5,726 nt of DNA from a virus: the IMG/VR virus record IMGVR_UViG_3300020026_000018; one strand, written 5' to 3'. Under the pieces are notes generated by a model. The model saw nothing but the letters and a program-made list of their open reading frames with translations, did not search any database and was not told the origin of the DNA. Below, one piece after another: positions 5,020-5,726 of the stretch (positions are counted from its first letter, which is position 1; each line of letters starts with the position of its first letter). Position numbers and translations under genes: made by a program.

Positions 5020-5726
5020 ATGTGCCTGTACGGACGAATCATGCGGAATCCAAAGTACAGGGCAAACAAGAAAAACGGCGGGGTCGTACCGGAAATGAAA
5101 GATGTCAGAGTACAGTACGTCCCCGTTAGTTGTGGCGTTTGCTTCGAGTGCATGAAACAAAAGGCAAACGAATGGAAAATAAGACTAACGGAGGACGTAG
5201 AAGAGAACCCTGGGGGAAAGTTCGTGACACTCACATTCTCAGAGGAAGCGTTAGTAAAGCTAGGAAGCAAAATAAAAGGACTAGAGGGCTATGCCCTAGA
5301 GAACGAAATAGCAACAAGAGCAGTAAGGTTCTTTACAGAACGATGGAGGAAGAAATTCAAAAAAGCCCCTCGACATTGGCTGATCACAGAATTAGGCCAC
5401 GAGGGGACAGAAAGAATACATCTGCACGGAATAATATGGGCAGATGATGCAAAAGATATAGAGGAGCGATGGAACGCTGGAAAATATAAATACGGGTGGG
5501 TCTGGAAGGAGAAAGTGGTAAATGAAATAGCGGTAAACTACGTAAACGAGGAAACCGTAGGTTATATGATGAAATACGTAACTAAAACAGACCCAAAACA
5601 TAAAACATACAAACCGATAATACTATCAAGCAAAGGTATAGGGAAAGGGTTTGTAAAAAGATATGGATTCGAAAGAGCAAAATACCAAGGAATAGATACA
5701 AAAGATGAATATGTAACAAAGAGCGG
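5020..5726 (+). CDS. VP4: Replication initiation protein (VP4 / gpA-like HUH rolling-circle endonuclease), N-terminal portion. It stays open to the window end and continues at 3-401 through the circular junction.
   Basis: There is no stop from ATG 5020 to 5726, which is why it is absent from the ORF track. A Cys cluster CGVCFEC lies at 5131-5151. RCR motif 1 is FVTLTF (5221-5238). The HUH motif is IHLHGIIW, with HLH at 5419-5427. The two-tyrosine catalytic motif YMMKYVTK (5563-5586) follows the same YxxKYxxK pattern as phiX174 gpA (YVAKYVNK). Confidence 0.92.
   Translation, partial: MCLYGRIMRNPKYRANKKNGGVVPEMKDVRVQYVPVSCGVCFECMKQKANEWKIRLTEDVEENPGGKFVTLTFSEEALVKLGSKIKGLEGYALENEIATRAVRFFTERWRKKFKKAPRHWLITELGHEGTERIHLHGIIWADDAKDIEERWNAGKYKYGWVWKEKVVNEIAVNYVNEETVGYMMKYVTKTDPKHKTYKPIILSSKGIGKGFVKRYGFERAKYQGIDTKDEYVTKS
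5606..5726. repeat. Terminal redundancy, right copy, identical to 1-121.
   Basis: Exact 121-nt match to the window start. It lies inside the VP4 coding sequence. Confidence 0.97.

Noticed and set aside
5130-5447. A 105-aa basic ORF in an alternative frame inside VP4 (TTG start), considered as a K/A*-like overlapping gene.
   Set aside because: It has a non-ATG start and a low-complexity basic composition explained by the nucleotide bias. Nothing in the sequence supports expression.
953-5601. All minus-strand ORFs in the track: 953-1210, 1322-1537, 1617-2033, 2202-2621, 2931-3293, 2972-3154, 3694-4050, 4065-4256, 4264-4491, 4409-4981, 4926-5270, 4978-5160 and 5392-5601.
   Set aside because: Each lies antisense to a confident or plausible + strand gene. 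Their translations are low-complexity and rich in Ser, Phe, Leu, Val and Cys, as expected from the complement of an A-rich strand. Microviridae transcribe one strand only. The 190-aa ORF antisense to VP2 simply reflects the stop-poor complement of GCA/GAA/AAG-rich codons.
1-5726. I looked for tRNA or tmRNA genes, CRISPR repeats, an integrase or transposase, a reverse transcriptase or DGR, and toxin-antitoxin or defence genes.
   Set aside because: There are no regularly spaced direct repeats, no cloverleaf or T-loop (GGTTCGAATCC-like) motif, and no ORF large enough or bearing recognisable catalytic motifs apart from the HUH Rep. The genome's coding capacity is fully taken up by the microvirus core genes and small ORFs.

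Overview
This window is one complete, circularly permuted genome of a small ssDNA phage of the family Microviridae. It is not phiX-like. From remembered motifs it looks Alpavirinae- or Gokushovirinae-like, but no search was run. Bases 1-121 recur exactly at 5606-5726, so the unit circle is 5605 nt and the overlap is probably an assembly closure. All credible genes lie on the + strand. The replication initiator (VP4, an HUH rolling-circle endonuclease) starts at 5020, runs off the window end and finishes at 401, giving 328 aa. Next comes an unusual, highly structured noncoding island of about 230 nt at roughly 62% G+C (about 438-664). A block of small ORFs follows (706-1637), including a 25-aa hydrophobic peptide that the ORF track missed. 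The rest is the major capsid protein VP1 (1639-3597), an intrinsic terminator, a small scaffold-like protein (3687-4022), a 120-nt intergenic region with mutually exclusive hairpins, and the DNA pilot/minor capsid protein VP2 (4143-5018). The VP2 stop lies 1 nt before the VP4 start. No tRNA, rRNA, CRISPR array, integrase or recognisable defence or anti-defence gene is visible. The parts most worth follow-up are the GC-rich structured island, the tiny membrane peptide joined by ATGA start/stop overlap to the next ORF, the attenuator-like hairpin set between the scaffold-like gene and VP2, and a possible +1 frameshift or homopolymer error at an A6GA5 tract. All family assignments rest on motif recognition and need profile searches.
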